Shown: piece by piece, positions 56,898 through 64,000 of the stretch | Layout: the number at the start of each line of letters is the position of its first letter | Numbering within the stretch: position 1 is the first letter of the stretch | Origin: Klebsormidium nitens | Lineage: Eukaryota; Plantae; Klebsormidiophyceae | Reading direction: 5' to 3' | Length of the DNA: 64,000 bases | Assembly (NCBI GenBank): GCA_000708835.1 | Contig: DF237254.1 | Coordinates: 41,898 to 105,897 of the forward strand | Translations under genes and position numbers: made by a program | The notes under the pieces: generated by a model | The model's input: only the letters and a program-made list of their open reading frames with translations | Told to the model about the DNA's origin: nothing | Database searches by the model: none

Positions 56898-57857
56898 CTG
56901 CTCATCCAGGCCTACCGACACCACCAACTAGAGGACTTTCTTGCCACTCACTATCTTTCGTTAGTTCCTGCCTGAAGCCTAAGGCCCTTCTCGCTGGTCA
57001 GAACACTCTGGTTGAGTGCCCTTGATTCAAAGAGGAGAAATTCCCAAGGCTGCCTTTCAAGGGCCACCACTGCCAGGAAAGCTTCAGAGGTAGACCAAAC
57101 ACCTGGTCACGCAGTTGCCACGCGCATAAAAGAAGGTGCCAATCGACAACAATGCGGTACAGCTATTGCAGCTCTGAAGGTCAACGTGGCAGCGCAAGTG
57201 GCCGCAAAAACAAACCTGCCCCAAGACCTCACAACCTTAGAGCTGTAATGGATTTACATCACAATCCGCAGATATCCGGGGAAAAGCTGCGGCCATTCCT
57301 GCAATCCTTGTAGGCAGATTTCGTGGCTTTTGTCTGGCTCAACTTCAGATGTGTGAGGAGAGTCGCCTCTTCTCGATCACAACATGACGAGCTCTCCCTT
57401 TCATTGTCGAATTGTTGACATCAAGCTTTCAATTTCAGGATATTCTCCATTCCGGGGTACGTTACTGGAGACGTGACCGCTGACCCAAGGACTTTCTGAG
57501 CCGCCCGATAAGCTGAATTTCCCAACTCCTGGACTGAAGGACGGTCCAGATGCGACATACTGAGCCTCGCAAGGAAGTTCGTTGCAAGTTGCAGGAATCC
57601 GGAATGCAGGCTTCAAGGCTTGCCTGGTATTACTTTTCCCAACGTGCATTTGCACTGGCAGTGGTAGAGCCCTTTCAAGCCTTGGTAGGGCGCGCTGTTT
57701 ACTAATTCAAAGTTACATCCGCTCACCATTGATCAGCAATTTGATTCAACTTATTTGCCGGAGAGAAGCACCAGATGCTTAAGGTGCAATTTGTTGCTAG
57801 AGGGGAGTGTTGCGTGACATCCAAGCAAGGAAAGTGCGCGAGGCCCTTTAGGCCAGC

Positions 57858-62810
<4,953 letters not shown>

Positions 62811-63491
62811 CCCTGCTCGGGTGAAATTGTTTTTGCTCGTAACATTGTGTGTGGCACGACAATGATGCTAAACCCAAAGATTGATTATGAAGAGGACGAG
62901 CGAGGATTGAAGACAGTTCAAATGCTAGAGCGGATGTCGACCAAGCTAGGGCGCATGCGGTCATTAAATGCACCATCCAAGTGAAGGTCGAGGGTGGCAT
63001 TTTTTGACACCTTATTATCATCTCGAGTACGCCCGGTAATGATACATTTTATTCGTTCCCTGATTGGTCGAAACCCTTTACCATTGACTTCGTTGACCAC
63101 GAAGTCACTTGAATCAAAGCGCACCCCACCCTAGATCGAAAATTCAAAAGATCGACACCGTCCAACTTCCAATCCAACGGCATAGAAGTACACCAATTGT
63201 ATACCTATATCGATTAGTATGAGTCCGACGTTCTTGGCTACGCTATTAAGTCGTGTCGGCCGGTCTCCTCTAACCCACAAAGGTTCATCTTGAAACCCCA
63301 GAAAGAAGTGTCAGTTTGAGCACAAAAATCGACCCCACTTTGGTTTGACACTAGTAGGGCCAAAAGTCGGAGCTGGTTAGCCACGTGACCCGGCACCTTA
63401 ACTTGGCATGAAACCCGAGTAAGGTGGCCATTCTCTTTCACAATGATTTGTGGACGAGCTGTTGCGCTGTGGTCTGCTTCCTTTAGGGTCA

Positions 63492-63991
63492 CTATGGGCC
63501 TTCCAGTTCGATCATGGAGTAGGCGCTATTCGCAATCGACTTGCGCGGCAGCCAGTAATTGAAGTTGCGAGGGAGGCTCGCGCCTTGCGAGCCGGCCCGG
63601 CGCGCCAGGTATATAGCCTGGGAGGGCGGGTATGGAGAATAGGATCCAGAACTTGATCTCAGATTCCCGATCTCAGGACATTCCGGATCTCAGGAAGCCA
63701 GCGTAGGGGGCTGCAATCTGCGGGTAATGTATCCCCATAGCTTCCGAGTCTGCGCGTTTAACGATTGACCGGGGCGCCCGGTGGGAGTCACTTTAAGTCG
63801 TCCGATATAACTTTCAGGGCCCAGCTTGAGTAGATTGCACCCGGCGGAGCTAGATGGTAGACGTGGCCTTGCAATCCTGAGGAAACCTCAGATCAGGAAT
63901 TTTGGATCCTATCCTCTGTACCCGCGCCCTCCGGCCCTGGCCGCCGCCGGCCGCCGCGGCCCGCGCGGCGCTCCATCATGCTTGTGTGATA
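63492..63991 (-). CDS. Probable last exon(s) of a gene entering from beyond the right edge; product unknown
   Basis: GC-rich segments ~63991-63918 and 63617-63492 are bounded by plausible AG/GT sites. Reading frame is ambiguous. Confidence 0.3.
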
Positions 63992-64000
63992 CTGAAAACT

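Overview
Eukaryotic, intron-rich genomic DNA of a plastid-bearing, flagellate-capable green-lineage organism. The gene content, GC-rich exons and intron style suggest a charophyte alga such as Klebsormidium (inference, not verified). Hand-splicing gives 11 genes plus one partial: CFAP47 (minus strand, runs off the left edge), a small C3HC4 RING protein, an unknown coiled-coil/low-complexity protein, plastid enolase, a secreted T4/GH24-like lysozyme, a 13-exon GH81 beta-1,3-glucanase-family protein, an intronless F-box/LRR protein, an NAD(P)-binding Rossmann protein (interrupted by an assembly gap), proteasome alpha-4, KXD1 and prephenate/aspartate aminotransferase. There is no rRNA, tRNA, CRISPR or intact transposon. 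Three highlights. (1) The GH81 protein has an intact frame but has lost both canonical catalytic carboxylates, and it carries a C-terminal transmembrane helix plus a YxxL tail, so it is a candidate beta-glucan receptor/pseudoenzyme. (2) Its tail-to-tail neighbour is a phage-T4-type lysozyme whose catalytic Asp and Thr are also replaced, so together they may form a bacterial/fungal cell-wall sensing pair. (3) Introns throughout contain 'echo' copies of adjacent exon ends, including the splice sites, and several acceptor-side copies differ from the real exon almost only at synonymous positions. All gene models are manual and lack RNA evidence.
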